DNA of 64,000 nt from Flavobacterium sp. (GCF_013823965.1 NZ_PNNA01000005.1:5419-69418); one strand, 5' to 3'. Positions 49,809 to 59,355 are shown, numbered from the stretch's first letter. Made by a program: numbers and translations. The notes: generated by a model from the sequence alone, not told the origin.

Positions 49809-50789
49809 ATGTTGAAAGATAATTTTGGGAGAACACACGAATACCTTCGGATTTCGCTTACCGATGTTTGCAATTTCAGGTGCCAATATTGCATTCCGGA
49901 CGAGAAAACCTCTTTTATGCCTTCTTCCAGGTTGATGACGGTCGATGAAATTGATACTATCGCCCGAGAATTTGTAAAATTGGGAGTCCAAAAAATACGT
50001 TTGACCGGTGGAGAACCTTTGGTTAGAAAAGATGTTGCCCAAATTTTATGGGCACTTTCGAAATATCCAATAGAACTCACTTTAACCACAAACGGTTTGC
50101 GAACCAATGAATTTATTGACGTTTTTAAAAAAACTGGAATAAAATCCATCAATATTAGCTTGGACACACTCGATAAAGACCAATTTTTCAGCATTACCAA
50201 ACGCAATGTTTTTGATAAAGTTTGGAACAACATCCAGCAACTTATCGACGAAGGTTTTCACGTAAAAATAAATACGGTCGTGATGCGTGATTTTAATGAT
50301 GCTGAAATTCTCGATTTTATCGAATGGACAAAAAAACACCCCGTTCACGTGAGATTTATTGAGTTTATGCCTTTTGATAAAAACCAATGGAACACACAGA
50401 AAGTGTTTAGTTATCAGGAAATTATGGATAAGGCTGCAACAAAATACAGTTTTATCCGAATGAAAGACGGTATGAATGAAACTGCCAAAAAATTCAAACC
50501 CTTTGGCCACGAAGGTACTTTTGCCGTTATCAGTACGATGAGCGCACCGTTTTGCGGGAATTGTAACCGAATGAGACTCACCGCCGATGGTAAAATGAAA
50601 AATTGTTTGTTTTCTAAAGGCGAAGCCGATATTTTGTCTGCATTACGAAATTCAGAAAATATTGTGCCAATAATAAAACAATGTGTGGCCAGTAAAGCAG
50701 AAGCCTTGGGCGGACAATTTGAAGGCGATTACACCAAAATTGATACCACCAAAATTACCAACAGAAGTATGATCAACATAGGCGGATAA
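49809..50789 (+). CDS. moaA: GTP 3',8-cyclase (radical SAM)
   Basis: The ATG at 49809 gives the family-typical start MLKDNFGRTHEYLRISLTDVCNFRCQYC (CX3CX2C). The second cluster, CGNCNRMRLTADG, is also present. Confidence 0.93.
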   Translation: MLKDNFGRTHEYLRISLTDVCNFRCQYCIPDEKTSFMPSSRLMTVDEIDTIAREFVKLGVQKIRLTGGEPLVRKDVAQILWALSKYPIELTLTTNGLRTNEFIDVFKKTGIKSINISLDTLDKDQFFSITKRNVFDKVWNNIQQLIDEGFHVKINTVVMRDFNDAEILDFIEWTKKHPVHVRFIEFMPFDKNQWNTQKVFSYQEIMDKAATKYSFIRMKDGMNETAKKFKPFGHEGTFAVISTMSAPFCGNCNRMRLTADGKMKNCLFSKGEADILSALRNSENIVPIIKQCVASKAEALGGQFEGDYTKIDTTKITNRSMINIGG

Positions 50790-50836
50790 CCCTTTTTTTT
50801 GAACATCGTTATTCCTTTTTTGGCATATCGAAAAAA

Positions 50837-52021
50837 ATGATGCAAATGATAAATGTAAAAGACGCAAAACAGCTAATTGATGAAAATTGCTGTTCTCAAA
50901 AAGTGAAAATGGTAACCTTGCTGGAAGCCAATGGAAGCATTTTGGCACAACCTGTTCATGCAGTCATGGACACGCCGCCTTTTGACCAATCGGCGATGGA
51001 TGGCTATGCTTTTTCCTATGAAAATTGGGATAAAAAAAGCCATTTAAAGGTAATTGGCGAAATACAAACGGGTAATTATTCTACTGAAAATGTGCTTGCC
51101 AATGAAGCGGTTAGGATTTTTACGGGAGCGCCCATTCCGCCCGGAACTGATACGGTTGTGATGCAGGAAAAAATCAGTCGGAACGAAAATGAGATTCAAA
51201 TTCTAGATACTTTTTTGATCAAAGGAGCCAATGTTCGACCGCAAGGTTCACAAACCAAAAAGGGAGAATTAGCGCTGCAAGAAGGACAATTATTGTCACC
51301 GGTTGCGATTTCTTTTTTAGCCGGAATAGGCATCAGTAAAGTGAAAGTTTTTTCGAAACCGACTGTCAGCATTATTGTAACGGGGAAAGAACTAGTTAAA
51401 TCCGATGACACGATTACCGATGGAAAAATTTTCGAATCCAACTCCATTGGTTTAATTGCGGCATTGCAACAATTAGATATAAATCCAGTTTCGGTTGAAG
51501 TGGTTGATGATGTCGAAGCAGAAATTGAAAAAGCCATTTCGAATCAATTGACTTCCGATATTCTCATTCTTACAGGCGGTGTTTCGGTGGGCGATTATGA
51601 TTTGGTTCCCGCTTCTTTGGAGCAATGTGGGGTTCAAAAAATATTCCATAAAATCAAACAAAAACCAGGAAAGCCCTTTTATTTTGGGCGTTTCAACCAA
51701 ACCTTGGTATTTGCTTTACCCGGAAATCCTGCGGCGGTCATGAGTTGTTTTTATGAATATGTGGCCCAGGCCATCGGTCATTTTACTAAGAAAGAGTATT
51801 TTAAAAAAAGAGCGTTTCCATTGGCCGAAGATTTTAATAAAAAAGCGGGACTTACTTATTTTCTAAAAGGAAAAATGGGTGAGAAAGCCGTGACGGTTTT
51901 GAACAATCAAGAGAGTTACAAGCTGAATTCTTTTGCCGTGGCAGATTGTTTGGTTGAATTTGATGAAGAGGGCGAGAATTTCAAAAAAGGAGATTTGGTC
52001 AATGTTAGAATGATTTTATAA
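50837..52021 (+). CDS. moeA: molybdopterin molybdenumtransferase
   Basis: 394 aa with FDQSAMDGYA and LPGNPAAV motifs. Confidence 0.92.
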   Translation: MMQMINVKDAKQLIDENCCSQKVKMVTLLEANGSILAQPVHAVMDTPPFDQSAMDGYAFSYENWDKKSHLKVIGEIQTGNYSTENVLANEAVRIFTGAPIPPGTDTVVMQEKISRNENEIQILDTFLIKGANVRPQGSQTKKGELALQEGQLLSPVAISFLAGIGISKVKVFSKPTVSIIVTGKELVKSDDTITDGKIFESNSIGLIAALQQLDINPVSVEVVDDVEAEIEKAISNQLTSDILILTGGVSVGDYDLVPASLEQCGVQKIFHKIKQKPGKPFYFGRFNQTLVFALPGNPAAVMSCFYEYVAQAIGHFTKKEYFKKRAFPLAEDFNKKAGLTYFLKGKMGEKAVTVLNNQESYKLNSFAVADCLVEFDEEGENFKKGDLVNVRMIL

Positions 52022-52043
52022 AGCTTTTTTAAACTAAAAAACG

Positions 52044-52376
52044 ATGAAAAATTTAATAATCAAAGGACATCTTTCGATAGAAAACAGCAAGGGACATTTG
52101 ATGGGAATGGGCAAAAAAGAATTGCTCGAAAGAATCAGGGAAACAGGTTCTATCAGTGCTGCTGCCAAAGAAATGCAAATTTCCTACCGACACGCTTGGG
52201 AGATGATAAAAAAAATCAATTCCATTTCAGACAAACCCATTGTCATAAAAAACACGGGAGGTTCCAGTGGTGGTGGCTCCATCGTTACAAAAGAAGGGGA
52301 GGAGTTGATTGCCTGCTACATCAAATTGAATGCTGCTTTTGAGGAATTTAAAGAACAAATCTGTAAAACAATTTGA
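52044..52376 (+). CDS. ModE N-terminal-like winged-helix regulator (no Mop/TOBE domains)
   Basis: 110 aa. LLERIRETGSISAAAKEMQISYRHAWEMIKKIN...GGSSGGGSIVTKEGEEL matches the ModE/LysR-type HTH N-domain. Confidence 0.7.
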   Translation: MKNLIIKGHLSIENSKGHLMGMGKKELLERIRETGSISAAAKEMQISYRHAWEMIKKINSISDKPIVIKNTGGSSGGGSIVTKEGEELIACYIKLNAAFEEFKEQICKTI

Positions 52377-52379
52377 TAT

Positions 52380-53111
52380 ATGTACCAAGAGATTTTGTTT
52401 TACGTGTTGTTGGCATTGGTCGCTTTTCTCTATTCTTCCGTGGGACATGGCGGAGCAAGCGGATATTTGGCCTTGATGGCCTTCTTTTCATTTGCGCCGG
52501 AAACAATGCGTCCTACGGCTTTGTTGATCAATATTTTTGTTTCTTTAATCGCTTTTGTTCAATATTATCGTGGTGGTTTTTTTAAATGGAATTTGTTTTG
52601 GCCCTTTGCGCTAGCTTCTTTTCCGGCGGCATTTGTCGGGGGAATGATAAGTGTTGATGTTGGTTTGTATAAAAAAATACTGGCGGTACTTTTGCTGTTT
52701 TCAGTGGCAAGATTATTGGGGATCAAATTCAAAAGGGCAACATTCGATGTAAAGCAAAACCTCTACCTCGCACTTTTGATTGGAGCCATCATCGGATTGT
52801 TTTCAGGAATGATGGGAATAGGTGGCGGCATTATTTTGAGTCCCATAATTTTACTCATGCATTGGGCAGACATGAAAAAAACAGCCGCAGTTTCGGCCTT
52901 GTTCATTTTTGTTAATTCAATTGCCGGTTTTGCCGGTCTTTTTGCCAAAGGTTTCGAATTTAAAACTGAAATGGGAGTAATGATAGTCCTTGCTTTAATG
53001 GGTGGAATTGCAGGTTCTTATTATGGTGCCAATAAATTTAAAAATGATTTTTTGAATAAAATATTGGCTCTAGTCTTGATTATTGCATCCATAAAACTAA
53101 TTGTTGCCTGA
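52380..53111 (+). CDS. TauE/SafE (DUF81) family anion permease
   Basis: 243 aa with about 7-8 TM segments and internal duplication with GxGGG motifs (VGHGGASG, MGIGGGII). Confidence 0.85.
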   Translation: MYQEILFYVLLALVAFLYSSVGHGGASGYLALMAFFSFAPETMRPTALLINIFVSLIAFVQYYRGGFFKWNLFWPFALASFPAAFVGGMISVDVGLYKKILAVLLLFSVARLLGIKFKRATFDVKQNLYLALLIGAIIGLFSGMMGIGGGIILSPIILLMHWADMKKTAAVSALFIFVNSIAGFAGLFAKGFEFKTEMGVMIVLALMGGIAGSYYGANKFKNDFLNKILALVLIIASIKLIVA

Positions 53112-53113
53112 CG

Positions 53114-53935
53114 ATGGATACTCAAACGAAACCTATGAACGCCTATATTCTTGCAGGTGGAAAAAGCTCCAGAATGGGCACTGATAAAGGCTTGACTCTC
53201 TTTGAAGGAAAAGCCATGATCCTGCATGTCATCGAACAATTGCAAGCTGTTTTCAATAAATTGGTTATTGTTTCCAATAATCCCGAATATGAAAAATTTG
53301 GATTGGAAGTGATTCCTGATTTGATAAAAGATATTGGTCCCGCTGGTGGAATTTACACCGCTTTGAAGCATTCGAAATCCAAATTGAATTTTATGGTGAG
53401 TTGTGACATGCCTTTTATTACCAAAGAAGCAATTGAATTTACTGTAAAAAATGTTGATAAAAACCAAATCGTTTTATTGGAAAATCAAGGAAAATTAGAA
53501 CCCTTGTTTGGAATATATTCTAAAGATTGCGAAGCCGTTTGGTTGGAACTCATTCATCAAAATACCGTTAAATTACAGAAAATGGTTGCGTGCTTCGAGT
53601 TAAAAATCATTCCTGTTGAAAACAATGAAATTTTTAACGCGTCTTTTTTCAAAAACATCAATACAAAAGAGGACTTTGACAACGCTTCAAACAAATTTAA
53701 AATGGAAATAAACATACTTGCCTTTGGACAAATTACCGATATAACGGGTAAATCAGCATGGAAAATGACTGGAATAAAAGACACGGACGAGTTGGTGAAA
53801 AACTTGCACGAACAATTTCCCGCATTGTCCAGAACTCGCTATTCTATTGCCGTAAACAAAAAATTGGTACAAGAAAACAAGGTATTTACCGAGAATGACA
53901 CAATAGCTTTACTTCCACCATTTTCTGGCGGATAA
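53114..53935 (+). CDS. mobA: molybdenum cofactor guanylyltransferase MobA fused in frame to a MoaD-like sulfur-carrier domain
   Basis: N-terminal roughly 195 aa carries ILAGGKSSRMG (MobA). The C-terminal 77 aa (from the in-frame ATG at 53702, MEINILAFGQI...) ends in the ubiquitin-like LLPPFSGG-stop. No stop codon separates the two parts. Confidence 0.8.
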   Translation: MDTQTKPMNAYILAGGKSSRMGTDKGLTLFEGKAMILHVIEQLQAVFNKLVIVSNNPEYEKFGLEVIPDLIKDIGPAGGIYTALKHSKSKLNFMVSCDMPFITKEAIEFTVKNVDKNQIVLLENQGKLEPLFGIYSKDCEAVWLELIHQNTVKLQKMVACFELKIIPVENNEIFNASFFKNINTKEDFDNASNKFKMEINILAFGQITDITGKSAWKMTGIKDTDELVKNLHEQFPALSRTRYSIAVNKKLVQENKVFTENDTIALLPPFSGG

Positions 53936-53946
53936 AATAATATAAT

Positions 53947-55065
53947 ATGGATTCAAATAGATACAGGTACCAAAGACAAGTGCAACTCAAGGAAATTGGG
54001 GCAGTTGGCCAGGACAAAATTCGAAAAGCAAAAGTGTTGGTTATTGGCGCAGGCGGTTTAGGTTGTCCTGCCTTGCAATACCTTGCTGCTGCAGGAGTGG
54101 GGACGATTGGCATTGTCGATTTTGATGTGGTTGAAATTTCAAATCTGCAACGTCAAATACTGTATACCGTGGATGATTTAGGTCAATCAAAAGCAATCAC
54201 GGCTGCCAAAAGGATGGAAGCGCTAAACCCGGAAATTACAATCCAATCCCATAATTTTCAATTGACCAATAAGAATGCGCTCGAGATTCTGGAAAATTAC
54301 GATATTGTTATCGATGGTTCCGATAATTTTGCCACGCGATACCTCATTAATGACGCGTGCATGTTGCTTGATAAACCATTAATTTATGGCGCTGTTTTGC
54401 GTTTTGAAGGACAAATTGGCGTTTTCAATTTAGAAGACACAGAAACTCGTGTTAAAACCAATTATCGGGATTTATTTCCAAAACCACCCGATTCGACATC
54501 CGCAATTTCCTGTAATGACGTGGGTGTTTTGGGAGTAATTCCAGGAATTATTGGAACGATGCAAGCCACGGAAGCACTCAAAATCATTACTGGTGTTGGC
54601 AAACCATTGACAAATAAAATAATTTCATGCAACGCCCTGGAAAACACCTTTCATAATTTTGAAATTGTTCCAAGCACTAATCAATCCTTCGATTTTCCGA
54701 AAAGCAAAATGGCTTTTTTAGACTTCAATTACGATTGGATGTGCACCCCAAATGTGAATTTTGACATGCTTTCTGTCGAAGAATTTGATATTCTCAGAAT
54801 AAACGAAAAAATCACCATTGTTGATGTGCGTGAAAAAGGGGAACTTCCCTTAGTGGAGGAATTTCCCGTTGTATTGATTCCATTGAGTGAATTTGAAAAT
54901 TTGGTTTCGACCATTTCCCAGGAGTACAAAATAATATTTTTTTGCAAATCGGGTCAACGCAGCCTAAAAGCCTTAAAATTATTCAAAGAAAAATTCCCTG
55001 ATTGTCAAGCTTACAGTTTAACTGGAGGCATCGAATATTGGAAAAATAACAAGTATAAAATATAA
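53947..55065 (+). CDS. moeB: molybdopterin-synthase adenylyltransferase/sulfurtransferase (MoeB/MoeZ type with rhodanese domain)
   Basis: 372 aa with E1-like loop VIGAGGLGCP and a C-terminal rhodanese active-site loop FFCKSGQRS. Confidence 0.9.
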   Translation: MDSNRYRYQRQVQLKEIGAVGQDKIRKAKVLVIGAGGLGCPALQYLAAAGVGTIGIVDFDVVEISNLQRQILYTVDDLGQSKAITAAKRMEALNPEITIQSHNFQLTNKNALEILENYDIVIDGSDNFATRYLINDACMLLDKPLIYGAVLRFEGQIGVFNLEDTETRVKTNYRDLFPKPPDSTSAISCNDVGVLGVIPGIIGTMQATEALKIITGVGKPLTNKIISCNALENTFHNFEIVPSTNQSFDFPKSKMAFLDFNYDWMCTPNVNFDMLSVEEFDILRINEKITIVDVREKGELPLVEEFPVVLIPLSEFENLVSTISQEYKIIFFCKSGQRSLKALKLFKEKFPDCQAYSLTGGIEYWKNNKYKI

Positions 55066-55071
55066 CTACTC

Positions 55072-55518
55072 ATGAAGGAGAAAAAAAAGCACAATGTGTT
55101 TGTCAATGGGCCTATAACGCCTGATTTTATTGCCAACAGCATTGCCAAACACAGCTCAAAAACAGACATTGGAGCACACGACATCTTTTTGGGACAAGTC
55201 CGAAGCGACATAATTGATAAAAAAACAGTGGTGGCCATCAACTATGAAGCCTATCAAGAAATGGCGGATGATCTTTTTTACGAGATACGCGAAGCCGCGT
55301 TTTCAAAATACAATTTAGTGTGCATGCACATTTATCACAGCCTTGGAGTGGTAAAAACGGGTGAAATTTGCCTCTTTGTATTTGTGTCATCCAAACACCG
55401 CAAAGAAGCTTTTGATGCCTGTAAAGACATTGTGGAACAAATAAAAGCGATGACACCAGTTTGGGGCAAAGAAATTTTTGAAGATGATTCGTATGTCTGG
55501 AAGGAGAATCAATCTTGA
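55072..55518 (+). CDS. moaE: molybdopterin synthase catalytic subunit
   Basis: 148 aa with a MoaE fold pattern (...VGEICLFVFVSSKHRKEAF...PVWGKE). Confidence 0.88.
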   Translation: MKEKKKHNVFVNGPITPDFIANSIAKHSSKTDIGAHDIFLGQVRSDIIDKKTVVAINYEAYQEMADDLFYEIREAAFSKYNLVCMHIYHSLGVVKTGEICLFVFVSSKHRKEAFDACKDIVEQIKAMTPVWGKEIFEDDSYVWKENQS

Positions 55519-55575
55519 AACCCCAACGTTTAAAACCGTTGGCTATAAAATAATTAATATTTAAATTACAAAATA

Positions 55576-56487
55576 ATGGTCGATATAACATTCAAATCGA
55601 ATACCCTTCGCGTCGCAAATGCGCAAGCCATAGTAAAAGTCAGTAAAAAAGAGACAATCGATGCCATTGTAAACAAAACGGTTCCCAAAGGAGATGTTTT
55701 CGAAATGGCCAAAACTGCAGGACTCTTTGCCGTAAAACGCACCAGTGACATGATTCCGGATTGTCATCCAATTCCAGTTGAATTTACGGCCGTGAGTTAT
55801 GATATAAAGGAGTTGGAAATTACCATAGGAGTGGAAGTGCATACCATTTATAAAACAGGAGTGGAAGTGGAGGCGATGCACGGCGCATCAGTGGTTGCGC
55901 TTACCATGTATGACATGTTGAAGCCTATCGACAAAGAAATCGAAATTCATTCCATCAAATTGTTGGAAAAAAAAGGGGGCAAATCTGATTTTACGGATAA
56001 ATTTCGCACGGATTTAAAAGCTGCCGTAATTGTTTGTTCGGACAGTATTTCGGCTGGAAAGAAATTCGACAGAGCTGGAAAGGCCATAATCCAAAAATTA
56101 GAATTTTGCAAAGTGGGCATCACCGATTATTCCATCATTCCTGACGATATTGTAGGAATTCAAGAAAAAGTTTTGGACTTGCATGCACAAAACATAGACC
56201 TTGTTATACTGACCGGAGGCACAGGGCTTTCGCCAAGGGACAACTCACCCGAAGCGATAAAACCTCTTTTGGACAGGGAAATACCTGGAATTATGGAAGC
56301 GGCACGCCATTATGGCCAAGATCGCACACCGTTCTCAATGTTATCACGCGGAATCGCCGGAATGAAAGGCAAAACACTTATCATGACATTACCGGGTTCT
56401 ACCAAAGGAGCACAGGAATCCATGGACGCATTATTTCCTTCTCTTTTACACATTTTTAGGGTTGTTGAGGGGAAACAACACGATTAA
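55576..56487 (+). CDS. moaC: bifunctional MoaC (cyclic pyranopterin monophosphate synthase) / MoaB-MogA domain protein
   Basis: 303 aa. The N-terminal half is MoaC-like (MIPDCHPI...VEAMHGASV). The C-terminal half carries the MogA/MoaB motif [10 protein letters not shown]. Confidence 0.92.
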   Translation: MVDITFKSNTLRVANAQAIVKVSKKETIDAIVNKTVPKGDVFEMAKTAGLFAVKRTSDMIPDCHPIPVEFTAVSYDIKELEITIGVEVHTIYKTGVEVEAMHGASVVALTMYDMLKPIDKEIEIHSIKLLEKKGGKSDFTDKFRTDLKAAVIVCSDSISAGKKFDRAGKAIIQKLEFCKVGITDYSIIPDDIVGIQEKVLDLHAQNIDLVILTGGTGLSPRDNSPEAIKPLLDREIPGIMEAARHYGQDRTPFSMLSRGIAGMKGKTLIMTLPGSTKGAQESMDALFPSLLHIFRVVEGKQHD

Positions 56488-56699
56488 AAAATAGTTAGTT
56501 TTTTTATATAATTATTCTTTCAAACTTAATTTTTTGTTCTTTTTTCGTGAGTATAAAATAGGATAAAAACATCTTTTTTACACTGATTTTTGTTAAAAAA
56601 ATAGATTTTAAAAAGGTTTTTACAAATAAAACTAGATTTTATATGTTTTTTAGTTGAATTTTAATGAATTCTTAGATTTATCGCTAATTTTTAAAAATA

Positions 56700-56711
56700 T
56701 GATAATTGTCA
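56700..56711. promoter_or_regulatory. TGATAATTGTCA box upstream of the hexaheme cytochrome gene (candidate Crp/Fnr-family site)
   Basis: TGAT-N4-GTCA, centre about 110 nt upstream of the ATG at 56815. It shares 10 of 12 positions with the box at 59564-59575. Confidence 0.3.
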
Positions 56712-56814
56712 GTTAAATTTTTTAGTTCATTTTATAAATTTAACATCATAAGAATAAGTTAAAATATAGTTAAAAAAAACCAAATACAAATCAAATAAAT
56801 TAAACAAAAAAATT

Positions 56815-57888
56815 ATGAAAACAGTCAAACAAATTATGTTAGTTGTTTTAGGACTTCTTTTTTTCGCCTTGCAGGGATGTTCTCACGACGACTATATTCC
56901 TGTTCCAGGTCCAGCTGGTGCTGATGGCACAAATGGCACAAATGGTATTAACGGAACTACAGAATGTGCTACTTGTCACTCTAAAGCACATACAGACCCA
57001 GTTAATATTTCTTATGCTTTGTCTGTTCATGCTATTGAAACGTTACATGAAACTACAAATGCAAGTGGCGCCACAATTACTCTAAAGACTTCAGAATACA
57101 CTAACAGAACTGGTTGTACCCAGTGTCATACCAGTCAAGGTTATATTGACAAATTGAATGGTGATGTTCAAAAAACGGGAACAGGAACTGCGTTAGGTTT
57201 TCCTGCTTATCCTGGAGGCAAACAAGCAATCTCTTGTACAACTTGCCACAATAAACATTCTAGTTTTGATTTTAAAAATGATGGTAATGATTATGCCCTT
57301 AGACAAGGTTTTACACCAGTTGCTTTAGATACAGACCCAACCTACAAAATGGATATGGGTACAAGTAATACCTGTGTTAACTGTCACCAATCAAGAAGTT
57401 TGCCTCCAACATCAGGAGACGTAAAATTAAGTAGTCGTTTTGGTCCTCACCATGGTCCACAATCTTCATTATTAGAAGGTATTCAAGGAGCTTTAATTGT
57501 TGGAACTACTCCTTATCCAGCTCCAAAATCTGCTAAACATAGATCAGGTGCTTCTTGTGTGACTTGTCACATGGGTAAAACTTCTGACGGTAAAAACGGT
57601 GCGCACACTTGGCATCCAACTCCAAATGCTTGTACTACTTGTCATACAGGAGGTGCGCCAGCTGCTGTTGCTGGTTTTGCAGCTGACATGGCAACATTAC
57701 AAGGTTTATTGGTAGCAAAAGGAGCTTACAATGCTACCACAAAAGCTTTCACTACAAATACTGTTCCTATTAAAGTTGCCCAAGCTGCTTGGAATTATGC
57801 CATGTTGCTGGAAGATAGAAGTAATGGAGTTCATAATCCAACTTATGCAAAAGCCTTGTTGAAAAACTCAATCGAAGCTTTACAATAA
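56815..57888 (+). CDS. hexaheme c-type cytochrome lipoprotein
   Basis: 357 aa with a signal peptide and Cys (FALQGC). Six CxxCH motifs: CATCH, CTQCH, CTTCH, CVNCH, CVTCH, CTTCH. Six Gly-X-Y triplets (GPAGADGTNGTNGINGTT) follow directly after the lipidation site. Confidence 0.85.
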   Translation: MKTVKQIMLVVLGLLFFALQGCSHDDYIPVPGPAGADGTNGTNGINGTTECATCHSKAHTDPVNISYALSVHAIETLHETTNASGATITLKTSEYTNRTGCTQCHTSQGYIDKLNGDVQKTGTGTALGFPAYPGGKQAISCTTCHNKHSSFDFKNDGNDYALRQGFTPVALDTDPTYKMDMGTSNTCVNCHQSRSLPPTSGDVKLSSRFGPHHGPQSSLLEGIQGALIVGTTPYPAPKSAKHRSGASCVTCHMGKTSDGKNGAHTWHPTPNACTTCHTGGAPAAVAGFAADMATLQGLLVAKGAYNATTKAFTTNTVPIKVAQAAWNYAMLLEDRSNGVHNPTYAKALLKNSIEALQ

Positions 57889-58078
57889 AATTATAAAATC
57901 AACACCTCTGGAACTTTGTCCAGGGGTTGTTGATTTGAAAAACTAATTATCCTGAACACTTTAATTTGGTGCGGTATTCTTTAGTAATTCAGCGATTGCT
58001 TACGGAATTTTAAATCTTTTGACAATGAAAATTGTTGAATGACTATTTACGGCAATTATTCAATTTAAAAATAAAAAG

Positions 58079-58462
58079 ATGAAAAAAATAATTCAATATT
58101 TAATGATGCTAATGGTGAGTTTGATGGCAACATCTTGTTACTATGACGAAATGCCGCCAGAAGCCGTCATCCCGATTCCAGAAACGGTTTCTTACTCAAA
58201 AGATGTCCAGCCTTTGTGGAATCAAGATTGTATCAGTTGTCATAAGCCAGGCGCAACGGCACCTGATTTGACTACGGCAAATTCTTACAGTGCATTAGTG
58301 ACAAACAATAAATATGTTATTCCGGGAAATGCTGTTGGTAGTAAACTACACAAATCTCTTGTTGCCGATGGCGTATCTCTAATGCCAACCACCGAAAAAT
58401 GGAGTGATTCAAAAATTGCTTTGGTAGACAAATGGATTACTGATGGTGCCCTTAATAACTAA
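58079..58462 (+). CDS. small monoheme c-type cytochrome lipoprotein
   Basis: 127 aa with lipobox MATSC and a single CISCH motif. Confidence 0.7.
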   Translation: MKKIIQYLMMLMVSLMATSCYYDEMPPEAVIPIPETVSYSKDVQPLWNQDCISCHKPGATAPDLTTANSYSALVTNNKYVIPGNAVGSKLHKSLVADGVSLMPTTEKWSDSKIALVDKWITDGALNN

Positions 58463-58478
58463 CTATAAATAGAAAGTC

Positions 58479-59342
58479 ATGAAATTATATAAAAAAATAT
58501 TTATAGCCGTGTTTGCTTTTCCAATGGTGTTATTGGCACAGGAACAAAAAGATACTATTGCTGCCGTTGAGGAAGACAGTATTGCACCAGTGGTAGAAGT
58601 AGAATTGGAGCGTGCCGCTTTTGAAAGCACTTCATTAATAGAAAATCAAACGAATAGGGTTTACTCCAAAGGAACCATAGAAATGATCATGAATCACCGT
58701 TTTGGCGTTGTCAGCGGAACCAATGACTTGATTGGGATTTGGGCACCGTCCAATATTCGTATAGCGGTAAATTACTCCATCACGGATCGTATTACTGTTG
58801 GTTTTGGAACTACAAAGGACAATAGATTGCAGGATTTTAGTCTTAAAGTTGCTTTATTGAGGCAAACGGTTAATGGAAAAATGCCTGTGAGTGTCACTTA
58901 TTATGGAAATGCCAGCATCAATGCAATGCCCAAAGAGAATTTCTATCACACCTCTGACCGTCATTCTTTTTTTAACCAAATCATTATTGCAAAACGATTC
59001 TGCAAAGCATTTTCATTACAACTAGCACCAAGTTATTCTCATTACAACGTTGTTGACGCTCCAATGAGTAATGATTTGTTTGCCGTTGAATTAGGCGGTC
59101 GTCTAAAAGTGGCTTCAGATATTTCCATCCTTTTTGATGTGAATCAGCCTTTTACTTCACAAGAAATTGCTCCTAAATCTGGTATTTCCATTGGAACCGA
59201 GTTTTCAACTGTTGGGCATTCCTTCCAGATTTTTGTGAGTAATTATCGAGGAATCATAAATCAACAAAACAACATGTTCAATCAAAATGATTTTTTCGAA
59301 GGCGATTTTGCCATTGGATTTAACATTTCCAGAACCTGGTAA
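58479..59342 (+). CDS. outer-membrane beta-barrel protein (DUF5777-like)
   Basis: 287 aa with a signal peptide (VLLAQE), alternating hydrophobic beta-strand pattern and a C-terminal aromatic end ...GFNISRTW. Confidence 0.65.
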   Translation: MKLYKKIFIAVFAFPMVLLAQEQKDTIAAVEEDSIAPVVEVELERAAFESTSLIENQTNRVYSKGTIEMIMNHRFGVVSGTNDLIGIWAPSNIRIAVNYSITDRITVGFGTTKDNRLQDFSLKVALLRQTVNGKMPVSVTYYGNASINAMPKENFYHTSDRHSFFNQIIIAKRFCKAFSLQLAPSYSHYNVVDAPMSNDLFAVELGGRLKVASDISILFDVNQPFTSQEIAPKSGISIGTEFSTVGHSFQIFVSNYRGIINQQNNMFNQNDFFEGDFAIGFNISRTW

Positions 59343-59355
59343 TATTTTAAAAAGC

